64,000 nucleotides of DNA from positions 1 to 64,000 of the forward strand of contig JAADVB010000080.1 in NCBI GenBank assembly GCA_023334545.1, in the 5' to 3' direction. The notes below the pieces were generated by a model. It saw only the letters and a list, made by a program, of their open reading frames with translations, had not been told where the DNA came from and searched no databases. The DNA is from Salisapilia sapeloensis CBS 127946 (Eukaryota > Protista > Oomycota). Shown here one piece after another: positions 21,300 to 31,736 of this stretch. A program made the position numbers and the translations under genes. The stretch's first letter is position 1; every line of letters begins with the position of its first letter.

Positions 21300-22358
21300 A
21301 TGTTTGCGAAAGAGAATTTAGTGACTTTCTTGGCATTTGCGGGATGCTATAGTATCGTGCGGTTTACCTACAGTCCAAGATACCATATTTGCACATTTGA
21401 TAATATAGTTATTCCATGTAGATTCAGGCGATGCTGTTGATTATCCTAGGAGCGATTTTAACGGGTAACGAGCATTACCATCAACTTTTCGGACTCACGA
21501 TCAAGCACACCGGGGGAGGCCTGATAGTTACAGGAGTTGTCTACTTCTTGGTGGCTGGGCTTGGATTATGCACTGCCAGAACTCAAAACAAGTTCCTTCT
21601 TCTAGTGGTAGCATCTACATTAAGATTGGTTTTTCGTTCGCTTACCTACGTCAATGTCTATTTAATAGCAAGTGGTCATTCTCGGCGTCATTGTCTTCCT
21701 GCAAGCTTTGCTTGGCACCGTAGGATTGACGGCAACGTACGCCCCAATTTCCTTTCAACAACAACTCTCGTGCACGACAGTGGGTTTATATAACGTCATG
21801 TCTGAAGAAGAGCGGAAAACTTGTGATGACTTTGAGAGAAGTGACATGTTTGCCGGGACAACTTTGGTCTGGCATTCCTATTTCCTGAACAGCATGGACG
21901 CTGGGCCTGATCGAGCAATGGTCTTAAACTTTGAGGCGGAGAACTTTTGCTGTGGCAATGGTTTGCCGCTTCATTGTGTTACCGACCTCCGTTCATTTCC
22001 ATCATCCCACCTTACAACTGACATCATCTACGACATGAGACAACCATGCTCAACTGAAAGTAAATCCTATTATTTGCCATCGGAAGAATGCAATGAAAAA
22101 GGATACTGTGTGTATGACCTTCCAAGAGGAATCTGTGGTGACTACCCAGTTACGTCAACCACGAGAGGATGCAGCAGTTTTATATATTCAACGTTATCGT
22201 ATCAAGTGTCTGTAATGGCCATACTGGTTCTCGTCCTACTACTTTTCCCGGCTACTTTCATTCTTATTTCTCTGTGTCTGTGCTACAAGCGTCGGGACCA
22301 AGACGTCGTGCCTACTATCGACTTTGCAAGCAAAGTCAAAATCTTTTCAGACGGATAA
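21300..22358 (+). CDS. Tetraspanin-family membrane protein
   Basis: Three N-terminal hydrophobic segments, a large Cys-rich extracellular loop with CCG (NFCCGNG) and a C-terminal TM helix. There is an intron near 21610-21668; the first exon (MFAKENLVTFL..., ATG 21300) is tentative. Confidence 0.7.
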
Positions 22359-22426
22359 CTTCGACAATGCCGAAGGCTTCTTCCAACTGGGTCAGATTTC
22401 ACGACAAAGCTCGTCAGATCTCACTA

Positions 22427-23600
22427 CTACGACGACAAGTTGGCCCATGCCTCATTTGCCTCTCCGCTCTTTTTAGCGTCAGCATTTTGGGCTGTCCTTC
22501 TTTGTGAAGCTTTAGTAGTCACCCTTCCAACAATACGTCGAGCTTCGTCCAGTCTTGTGATAATCAAATAGCAAGCTTGGCATACTGTGACCATTTCGTA
22601 GTGATTTCTCACATTGCTTCGGCCTATTTCACCTATCGGAAGAGCAACGAGTTGAGAACGAGCCGGATGCGAAAACATTAAAACAAATATATGGAAATGG
22701 TCGTTACCAAAATACTCGGATTGCGGGTTCCACAGTGTACTCTGCAACGTTCGGATACGTTGGTCCAGAAGAAGGTCAAACATATCTTTTGACTGTGCAT
22801 CTGAATGCGACAGAGCAAAAGTTTGATCAAGTGCCGCTGCGTTTCGCGTTCCAAATTCCTCCAAAAATCTAGATTCTTCATTCGAGAGACGTAGCGATCG
22901 ACGGGTAACTTGATGTAGAGCTAAAGTGCAATCCAAACGTTTAATTGCATTCGCTCCTACTAGCAACCGTTGCCACTGACAAAAAGACCCATTTGTGCAT
23001 TTATTTCGACCGGGGCAAGTGGTAGAGCTCTGGAAACATAACAAGACAGTAATCGCATTAGAATAGCAATATTGACAAAATCTCTATGAATATTACCTTT
23101 CGAGTAGCAACTGGTGCCGATGCTGGGCGCTTAGTTTGGCTCTGCATGTCAGAACTAAAGACAATACCATTCATTCTTTGAAGTACCAATCGGGCAGTTG
23201 GAGTGCTCTTAAACTCAACAGTAAGCGCCCGAATCTGCGTTCGAAATCCTTTTTCAAGTTCCGAAATGATAGATCGAAGGATTTGAGAAGTCATCCTTTC
23301 TAAGTTATAAGCAACTTCTTCGGAGGCTTTCTTACGTGACAACCATCGTCGGTGATTCACCGAGTACTTACTCGGCGGCTTTTCGGAAAGTGCCTCGTCA
23401 TTCGATTCTGGATTGATTGGGAGCATTCGTATACCCATGAGCGCGTTGTACTTGAGAACTACACTAGAATCATACTGCGATCGAATGATGGAACATGTAG
23501 GTTGGCAAATAGCGGGCATAAGCAAGAAAGTTTGCAGCCAGAAATCTTTGTCGTGAATAGACACATCCATATCGGTCCTTAGTAATTTCCGACGCTTCAT
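22427..23600 (-). CDS. Hypothetical protein; likely the 3' exons of a multi-exon gene whose 5' exons may extend to about 24200
   Basis: Adjacent ORFs 23058-23600 and 22427-23044 with acceptor-like tttccag and ttttactcag sites. No recognisable domain; 5' structure unresolved. Confidence 0.4.
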
Positions 23601-24298
23601 TGCTCCATTCTGGTCGACCTTAATATCACGTCGCTTATCTGAGTAAAATATTGTAGTTTGGTATGCGTAGTAAGTCTACTTACGTAGTATATAGTTGCTA
23701 CGTAGCCATCCTTTCGCTTGTCATCTGATCTGTTTGACAAATATTTTCTTATACCATCTTCTGTGTAGCTCCTTGAAGGTTTTCGGCAGACCTCCTATCT
23801 CACATAGCAATGAAATCTAGGTTGAAAGCGCAAGCAATATCTCGCAAAGTAGTTACTCCCGTTTTAATAGATGAATAGTACCATTCTTTTACTCTTCCTT
23901 TTTCCATAACGATCACATCTCCAATATCAACCTTCGATCTGTTCATTAAATCGTTTGAATGATGATAGTTAGCCTTGACTATTAGTATTGAATCCGCACC
24001 TTCGCGCATTCAAGGTTTCATACACGCTTCAATGACCACATTAGACATCTCATAAATATTTGTGAATCCAAATCATTGCGTACTAAAGCCATCTTCGTAT
24101 TTGCAGTTCTGTATTCTCAGCAATTTGCAAGGCAAGATCTTCTCCGCGCAAATTGCCATCAAGATGACCGCTTCCAAACACCTCGTGACGTTTCATAATC
24201 TGAATCTGAATCAACAAAAATATCTCGTGCATTCCACTTTTATTTTTAGTCTCCTCCAAGAAAGCTTTTGTCTAGCATCATCCTTTCTGTACCCAAAA

Positions 24299-25224
24299 AT
24301 GATCTTTCAAGCATCTAGTCAAGCGCTCATGTTAGCTTTTCTCCCGTGATCTCTGCTATTGACTGTCTCTCGTAACTCATACCTGGATCTATGTAGGTAC
24401 TATGGGATTACGGCGAGAGCGTATCGCTCCCTCCAGCTCATATCTGGACCAGAAAAGGCGATAACCCTGGACAATCTTCGACCTATGCTGGAAATTTGGT
24501 GCGTCATATATCTTTTCGAATGATGAATTCATTTCGAGTAACTCCAACTAGGCTTGTACTAGCTCTGACCATTCTTTACGAATCCTATTTTGAGTTTGCT
24601 GTGTCATGGTGCGTATTGCTGCCTTAAGATCGGCCGATTATCCTCTATTAGAAGCTCGAATGACTATTCAAACGGACACCTGATAGGTTTCCGCTGTACT
24701 ATTTGGGCAAGCTATTCTTCTTGGCATCACTGCTCTTCCCGCAATCCGTCGTACGTAATCAAAATATTTCTACTCATGATGTCGCTACAGGGTCGAATCA
24801 TTTTGAATGAACGTGTAGTTTCCTCACGTGCTCTATGAAAATCTTGCGATGCCTGTTATTCTCGCACTCAAAGAGCAATTTGACATGAAGTTGCTACCAG
24901 CGCTCGAAAAGTTGCTCATCACGTAATTAGATTTTCTTTTTTAACCTTACGATTATGTTCTAACCGAGTTTTTAATCTTTTAAGGCATGCTTATTGGCTT
25001 TACGAGTCTGTCATGCATCGGTCGCTCGAACTCATGACCGACGAAGAGCTGTGTGACCTTCAGAAAGGATTAGAAACAAGGTTGGCTAGTATCGAGGTAT
25101 GTAAACGATTTATCTTTATTTTTTAACACGAAGCTGTCATTTGAACGCGTCCATTATATAGGAAGAGATGGTGAAGCGCGAGCACATCAGCAAAGTGAAA
25201 ACATTGATGGGTGATGTGGAGTAG
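24299..25224 (+). CDS. TB2/DP1/HVA22 (REEP-like) membrane protein, 7 exons, 177 aa, absent from the ORF track
   Basis: Exons 24299-24330, 24397-24498, 24552-24608, 24687-24750, 24819-24922, 24985-25096 and 25162-25224 are all GT-AG and phase-consistent (534 nt). Core LEIWLVLALTILYESYFEFAVSWFPLYYLGKLFFLASLLFP. Confidence 0.78.
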
Positions 25225-27152
25225 GACGAGCGTAGCATTCAAATAATCATGTGAATCCGCATGATAGCAATATTTTCACTTAAAAGGCCGAATCTCTTGC
25301 TTCATTCTGTTATAGCTTTTACTGCACCAACTTATGACGAGTGAAGCACTCCAGAGATCATTACGGATAGTTTTAAGACTAACATCGAAACAAGCTACTT
25401 AGATACCACGGAAGTAGATAAAAGTCAATTAACATACTTGCGGTGCACTTCTACAATGTACGTATTGGTAGGAAGCAAATGGACATATTCATGCTAGGAC
25501 ATGTATAATTGAATGGGTTATCAAAGAGTGTTGCGACAGAAAGTTTGTGAAAGAGGGTATCAAACGGAAAATGTTGTCTTCTCTTATATATATCGCTTTA
25601 AAATCTACAATACTCATCGGAAATTTTAGGTTACTAGAATCGACCAGCAAGTCGTAAGCATGAGGTAGCTCATGCATATGCGTTCACAGATATTAATTTT
25701 GATCCAACCCCAAGAAGAACAATTTGCCGAAATGGTAGTGAATAGACTCGAGTAACTTGCATGCACACGTTGAATCGGACATTATGCATATCAGTGCATT
25801 TTTGTCCAAGAAGAAGTGCGATGCTGGCTGACACAAACCGTCTTTCCAACTGCTACGATAGAGTAAGATGCGAATCCTTCCGTTGGCCAATATACAGCAG
25901 ACGCTAAAGCTGGAGTTTTCCTGTACAAACGAAAAGTCGGTTGTTTACGATACAAGTATGAAGTTGTAGGCAACTCGTATGTATGTGATACTCGTTTCCC
26001 TCGTACATGCGAAAGTTTGTAAGATTACTGTCCTTCAGACCAGATCCATCTCCCTATATGAGGCCAAGCCGGCTTCTGTATAATTCTGTTAGGCATCACT
26101 ACCCTGAAGAGTCACAAATCGGTCGAGACGTTTTGGGTAGTTGCTAGTGTTTCTCGCAAGAACTTCAACAGCTTAATGTTGACTGCTCACTCAACTGCGG
26201 TTATATACGCAAGTGTATGACCCGGCAAGTAGGTTACCACAAGTCTTGCTTGCCAATAACAGGTTATTAATCGAAATTTGTTGGCTCGTCTAATATTGAG
26301 ATGGAAGTGGCTTTAGCACTCCTTTGGACATTTGCTCAATAGCTAGATACATATAGATCGATCCGAGTTGTCTTGAAGCCAAGGTTACCACATCAAATGG
26401 AATAATCGCGGATAAAAATTTTGGTCTTGGAGTAACTCATCGGACTTGCGACGGCTATTTGCACACGTAATACAACGAACATTTACGGCGCTTCATCACT
26501 CACAGTCGTGCTTCCCGCGAGATCCGTGACTTTTGTCGTTTCGTTGGTCTGGGCGCCTGCCTAGCCAAGATTGGAACTTTCAAAGTTTAGTATACGTAAA
26601 TGGAAAGTATCGTCTGCCAGAAGATCTTGCTCGACGGCCCGTGCATCATCCTTCTTGGATTAGCTGATTTATAGAGTGGATATCTTGCTTCCGAACCCCG
26701 GCGTAGTACAGCTCGAAAATTTCTGACCATGGAGATTTTTGGATGTAAAATCAAAGCTGAGATCACCAGATTTATATTAGGCTCTCTGTCGTCCTCGACA
26801 AGATCAAGTAGGTTGTCATAGGGCATATTGACACAGCTATATTAAAAGGGACATTGAATTAGCATGGAAGCCAAACTGAATTGTCAACGGTCTTGCGCTA
26901 AGCTTTGAATTTATAAAAGATTATAAATCAACAATAAGTATCCAAACACGATCGGATTATCTATATTCATTGATAACTTCTTTAGGGGTATCTTCTCTTC
27001 AATCAGCGTCTAAGACTTGCTGCTCTGCAATATTGATATCACCACCTCCCAAAGCAAAACAATAAGCTTTCAAGTCTTACACAACCACTCAAACACATAC
27101 AAGTGTGGTTGATCAAGCAGTTTATCCATTTCAAAACTTTTTCCTAGCCTAC

Positions 27153-29387
27153 CTATCGTCGATGACTTTGCGAACGGAAGTTATTAAAGAACTGGAGCAT
27201 CTTGTCATCGATTTGGGGTTGGACATTGCCGATGGCTGCTTCAAAATGTCTCGCAGCGACCTCATTGGCATTTTCTGGGTCCTCTTCCATCGCCGCCATG
27301 GCAGCTTCACGACAGACCGCATAGAGCTCTGCACCAGAGTAAAGATTGGTTTTCATCGCGACTTGGTTCATATCGACATCCTTCGCCAACGGCATTTTCT
27401 TGCAGTGGATTGACAAGATCTCACGTCTAGCTTCTTCATCCGGTGGTCCAACGTACAGTACTCGGTCGATTCTTCCTGGTCGCATCAACGCATCGTCAAT
27501 CAGATCCGGACGGTTGGTCGCAGCCACCACCAGCACTTGCTTCAGCGGTTGTATACCGTCCAACTCGGTCAGCAGTTGACTCAAGACACGATCCGCTACT
27601 TGAGAGCTTCCAGAGCTCCCTCGCTGCGACGCAATGGCATCGATTTCATCAAAGAAGACGACTGTTGGAGCTGCCGACCGGGCTTTCCGGAATAACTCCC
27701 GCACCGTGCGTTCAGACTCGCCTACCCACTTACTAAAGAGCTCAGGTCCTTTAACTGCGACAAAGTTCATAGAGCTCTCAGTCGCCAACGCCTTAGCTGT
27801 CAGTGTCTTAGAGCAGCCAGGAGGTCCGTACAAGAGCACTCCTTTCGGAGGCCGGATGCCCATGCGTACAAAGGCTTCTGGATGCTGCAGTGGCCACTCC
27901 ACTGCCTCCTTTAGCTGCTGCTTGAGGAAGGACTGACCTCCAATGTCTTTCCAAAGGACATGTGGGACACTCACAGCGATTTCTCTCAATGCACTTGGTT
28001 GGATCCCAATCATTGCTTTCTTGAGGTCGGCTTCTTCCACTATAAAACTTTTCTCTTCTGCTTCGATAGGATCGTCCATGCCAGCACTCGAGCGATGGAG
28101 CGCCAAGAGCGCTGCTTCCTTACACAAAGCTTCTAAATCCGCTCCAACAAAGCCATGAGCATCATTACTGAGCTTATTTAACCCTTCAGACGAGATGGAG
28201 TGAGGGATTCGATCGAGAAGGATGCGGAGAACCTCCTTTCGATCGTCTGCGTTAGGGACTGCAATCTCCACTTCACGATCGAACCGACCAGGACGCCTGA
28301 CGGCCGGGTCTAATGCGTTCGGACGGTTCGTAGCAGCTAGAACAACTACGCCTGAAGCTTGTTGTAATCCATCGAGCAGCGTCAAGAGCGTCGCAACTAG
28401 ACGCTTCTCCATTTCACCCACTCGAGCATCTCGCTTTGGACATAAAGCATCGATTTCATCGATAAAGACAAGCGACGGAGCCTTCTGCGCTGCTTGTGTG
28501 AAAACTCGTCGGAGATTCGCCTCACTTTCGCCAACGTACTTGCTCACGAGCTCTGGGCCGTTGACGAGAAAGATTTCCGCTTGGAGTTCACTCGCGAGGC
28601 TGCGAGCAATCAGAGTCTTGCCTGTACCAGGTGGACCGAAGAGTAGTACTCCCTTTGGTGGGGGCAAGGCATATTGCGCAAAGACCTCTGGGTTGGTCAG
28701 CGGTTGCTCTAGAATCTGTCGGATCGTATCAATCTCCTTGTGGAGACCGCCGACAGCCTTCAGTCCTGAGGCTTTTGTAGGTTCACTGTTTTGCTCATCT
28801 AGGACAATCTCGGGGTTATACTCGACGGACAGCGAAGTCTTGGTATCAACACGGTAGATGCTTTGACGAGTATCCGTCGAATCGTGCACACCGGATACGC
28901 TGTCGACCGAAAAAACTTTCTCGCGACCACGCAACGGAATAGAGATCCTAGCATCAGTGTGAATCATGACGCCATCCAACATGACTTGGATACATTGTTG
29001 TAGTCGCTTGCGCTCCGTTTCTGATAATTGGATGGACCCGACGGATCGGAGTGTCACGTGCGTGGCGATTCGCTTGGCGATCCACGATCGACTAGCTTCC
29101 TGCAAGGTCTGGATGGCCACTTGACCAAATTGAGCGCAATGCGCTTCCCACACCCGACTGATCGCAAGCTGTTGTCTCTTAAGACTGTCCATTGGCCATA
29201 CGATCCCACAGAAGACGAGCTGTCTTCCGCCCTCGCGCGTCTTGACATACAGCACGATGGGTGTGCCTGCCGCGATGCCCAACGCCGCCAGCTCCTGCGG
29301 ACACACATATACCTTGCTCTGGCCTTGCGCCGAGCGACTGCCTGCGCGGACGAACTGTACGGCGAACGATCGATGATCAATCGTCAT
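27153..29387 (-). CDS. AFG2: Double-ring AAA+ ATPase AFG2/SPATA5 (ribosome biogenesis), intronless
   Basis: D1 GVLLFGPPGTGKT...IDEID and D2 GVLLYGPPGCSKT...FFDEID. The GCSKT Walker A is characteristic of AFG2/SPATA5. Both domains carry RPGR fingers. Confidence 0.9.
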   Translation of the reverse strand: MTIDHRSFAVQFVRAGSRSAQGQSKVYVCPQELAALGIAAGTPIVLYVKTREGGRQLVFCGIVWPMDSLKRQQLAISRVWEAHCAQFGQVAIQTLQEASRSWIAKRIATHVTLRSVGSIQLSETERKRLQQCIQVMLDGVMIHTDARISIPLRGREKVFSVDSVSGVHDSTDTRQSIYRVDTKTSLSVEYNPEIVLDEQNSEPTKASGLKAVGGLHKEIDTIRQILEQPLTNPEVFAQYALPPPKGVLLFGPPGTGKTLIARSLASELQAEIFLVNGPELVSKYVGESEANLRRVFTQAAQKAPSLVFIDEIDALCPKRDARVGEMEKRLVATLLTLLDGLQQASGVVVLAATNRPNALDPAVRRPGRFDREVEIAVPNADDRKEVLRILLDRIPHSISSEGLNKLSNDAHGFVGADLEALCKEAALLALHRSSAGMDDPIEAEEKSFIVEEADLKKAMIGIQPSALREIAVSVPHVLWKDIGGQSFLKQQLKEAVEWPLQHPEAFVRMGIRPPKGVLLYGPPGCSKTLTAKALATESSMNFVAVKGPELFSKWVGESERTVRELFRKARSAAPTVVFFDEIDAIASQRGSSGSSQVADRVLSQLLTELDGIQPLKQVLVVAATNRPDLIDDALMRPGRIDRVLYVGPPDEEARREILSIHCKKMPLAKDVDMNQVAMKTNLYSGAELYAVCREAAMAAMEEDPENANEVAARHFEAAIGNVQPQIDDKMLQFFNNFRSQSHRR

Positions 29388-29610
29388 GGGTGATCGAGTG
29401 AGTAACAAGTTGACTTGCTTCAGCCGGTTTTATTCGAACGCCTCCTTTCCGTGTTGTATGCTCTCTCGCACTTTGATTTTACGTCCGATTCGACAGTGTT
29501 CAGCAAAGGGGGATGTGCAGTTAAAGACACCCGAAAAAATCGAATTTTCTTACGACGTATTTTCCACTTCTTGTACCACCATCCACTATTGCGAATAGGA
29601 GTTCCATCTC

Positions 29611-29618
29611 CTCATTTT
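29611..29618 (+). promoter_or_regulatory. INR-like element upstream of the NACHT-like gene
   Basis: CTCATTTT begins 30 nt before ATG 29641 and matches the oomycete INR consensus. Confidence 0.35.
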
Positions 29619-29640
29619 CGTTCGTGGAAGACAGCACAGC

Positions 29641-31641
29641 ATGCGCGGATTGAGCCGGAAGTGGAAGGACAAGAGGAAGAGTCGGCGCGGTCCAGAGATG
29701 GACAATTTCCGCTCCACGACCCACGGCGGTGCGTCGTCTTCGGAATGGTCTAGCAGTGACGCATCTCTCGCCAGTCTCGATAAGGAGCCTCTCGTGACGC
29801 ATATCAAGACACGCAACACACATGCTAGTAGTGTCCAGACGGCCGCCACGAGTGAATTTAGTCCCGAGAGCAGTGGTCACTCGGACTCGCCAGACCTGGC
29901 ATCCGTCCAGCAGGACATGACAGCCATGAAAGAGGAGTTCGCGAGCTTTAAGCGAGAGGTCATGAATGAAATGCATGTGATGAAATACGACCTAATGAAG
30001 GAAATGACAATGCTTAAAGGCAGTATCGCACAACTCGCGGATGCGCTCCACACCTCTACATCCTCCTCCCCATCTCCAGAGAGACTGTCGCGAGATCAGG
30101 TCGCCACCATCTCGAAAAAGCCTTCGAGACTCACCAATGGCACCTCGCGATCACCCGGTGGTGAAATTCGCAATGGTGTACGAGATAGCACTGCTCCAAC
30201 GGCCGTTCGTGCAAGCTCTCGCGTTTCTCAGCTCGCTCCTGTCGACGACAAGGCGTTGTCGACCCCTCTCGCGCAGTCAAATATCGACAAAATGTTCCCA
30301 CTCATCGATTTCTCCACGGATATACCTCGTATAGCTGCTCAGCTGCTGGATGGAACACGCATGTGGGCACTGCAGCGAGTGCAGTCGTGGCTAGATTCAG
30401 CTTTTAACGTTGGATCCGATATGATGCTCGCCTGTGTGGGCGACAGTGGCACTGGCAAAACGACGTTTATGGCTGTGTGCTGCGAGCAGTTCCCATCGAA
30501 CATTCTCGCCAGCCACTTTTGTAAGTTTGACCGCAAAGTGCGCAGTGTGCCTCGTCACTTCCTCCTGTCCGTCGTTCACCAAGTGGTGGACAAGATGCCA
30601 GCCTATAAGAACCAGTTGGCGAGACTGAACCTGCGCTACGTGCTTCAGGAAAAGGACGCGTACGTCCTCGCATCCAAGGTCCTGCTCGAGCCTCTCAATG
30701 CAGTGGACGAACCAATTACGCCCATGATGATGGTGATCGACGGCCTAGACCAGTGCGATTCGAACGGTCGTAATGAGCTGTTAGAGTTCTTGTCCGCCAT
30801 TTCCCCTGAGCTCCCCAACTGGCTCGGGATCCTCTTCTCGAGCAAACCAGAGCCAAACCTTGCACAAAAGCTTCCCATCTCATCCATGCTCGACTTTAGT
30901 CCGATCAACAAGAAATTCGTCGAGGACACGTCTCCGTTCATCAACGACATGCTCTCTGTCTTCCATCCGGACGATCAGGAAGAGGCGAAGACGTTGCTGC
31001 AAGAGAAGGCTGGAGGCAACTTCTCCTACCTCGAATTCACAAAGCTGGCGCTGTCTCAGCCGAGCATGGGCAATGGCGGCTCGCACTTCCCATTAGACGC
31101 ACTAGACGACCTGCCCGAATCTCTCTACGCCATATACAATGAGATATTCGAAGACAAGTTTGGTAAGGGACATAGTCGGATATGGCGAAAGGTACAGCCT
31201 CTCCTCCAGCTGATTGTTGCCGCCGCCTCTGGGCCGTACTCGCTCGTGCGCGAGACCAAGGCGCAAGAGCATTTATCCTTATCCAAGGATGAAGCTAAGT
31301 CGATTCGACGAGCGCTGGCAGATATTGTGAGTGTCAAGGACGACGTGTACCGGATCGAGCGGTCAGCAGTGTTTGACTGGCTGACCGCGCCCGAGCGACA
31401 GCATGAAAAGTTTTATTTCAACGTCGACGAAGCGCTGCGTGCGTACAAAGTATACGCCAAGAAGGACACTTCTCAGCGAAGAGGTCAAGATAAAGGCTCA
31501 CCTTCTGGAAGCTCGACGGACGGGTCTGTCATCTCCAAGGACAGCAGTGGCTACCGGACTCCTGATAACAGTTTCGATCGAAAGTCTCGACCAACTCGCA
31601 GCACAGCCGAGCCTGTTAGCATTTTGAAGCGAAGAAATTAA
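29641..31641 (+). CDS. NACHT/STAND-like P-loop NTPase with an N-terminal coiled coil, 666 aa, intronless
   Basis: Walker A CVGDSGTGKT, ASHFCKFD, Walker B MMVIDGLDQC, LFSSKPE, then KAGGNFSYL and LPESLYAIYNEIF helical domains. No C-terminal WD40/TPR/ANK array. Confidence 0.75.
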   Translation: MRGLSRKWKDKRKSRRGPEMDNFRSTTHGGASSSEWSSSDASLASLDKEPLVTHIKTRNTHASSVQTAATSEFSPESSGHSDSPDLASVQQDMTAMKEEFASFKREVMNEMHVMKYDLMKEMTMLKGSIAQLADALHTSTSSSPSPERLSRDQVATISKKPSRLTNGTSRSPGGEIRNGVRDSTAPTAVRASSRVSQLAPVDDKALSTPLAQSNIDKMFPLIDFSTDIPRIAAQLLDGTRMWALQRVQSWLDSAFNVGSDMMLACVGDSGTGKTTFMAVCCEQFPSNILASHFCKFDRKVRSVPRHFLLSVVHQVVDKMPAYKNQLARLNLRYVLQEKDAYVLASKVLLEPLNAVDEPITPMMMVIDGLDQCDSNGRNELLEFLSAISPELPNWLGILFSSKPEPNLAQKLPISSMLDFSPINKKFVEDTSPFINDMLSVFHPDDQEEAKTLLQEKAGGNFSYLEFTKLALSQPSMGNGGSHFPLDALDDLPESLYAIYNEIFEDKFGKGHSRIWRKVQPLLQLIVAAASGPYSLVRETKAQEHLSLSKDEAKSIRRALADIVSVKDDVYRIERSAVFDWLTAPERQHEKFYFNVDEALRAYKVYAKKDTSQRRGQDKGSPSGSSTDGSVISKDSSGYRTPDNSFDRKSRPTRSTAEPVSILKRRN

Positions 31642-31736
31642 TGGTCAAATACTCTGGATAGAGTGCTGCAAGACGAACGTTGTTGGTGTAGCGATCCAAA
31701 GGAAGAACGTGAGGCAACGTGTATCTTAACGCAAAT

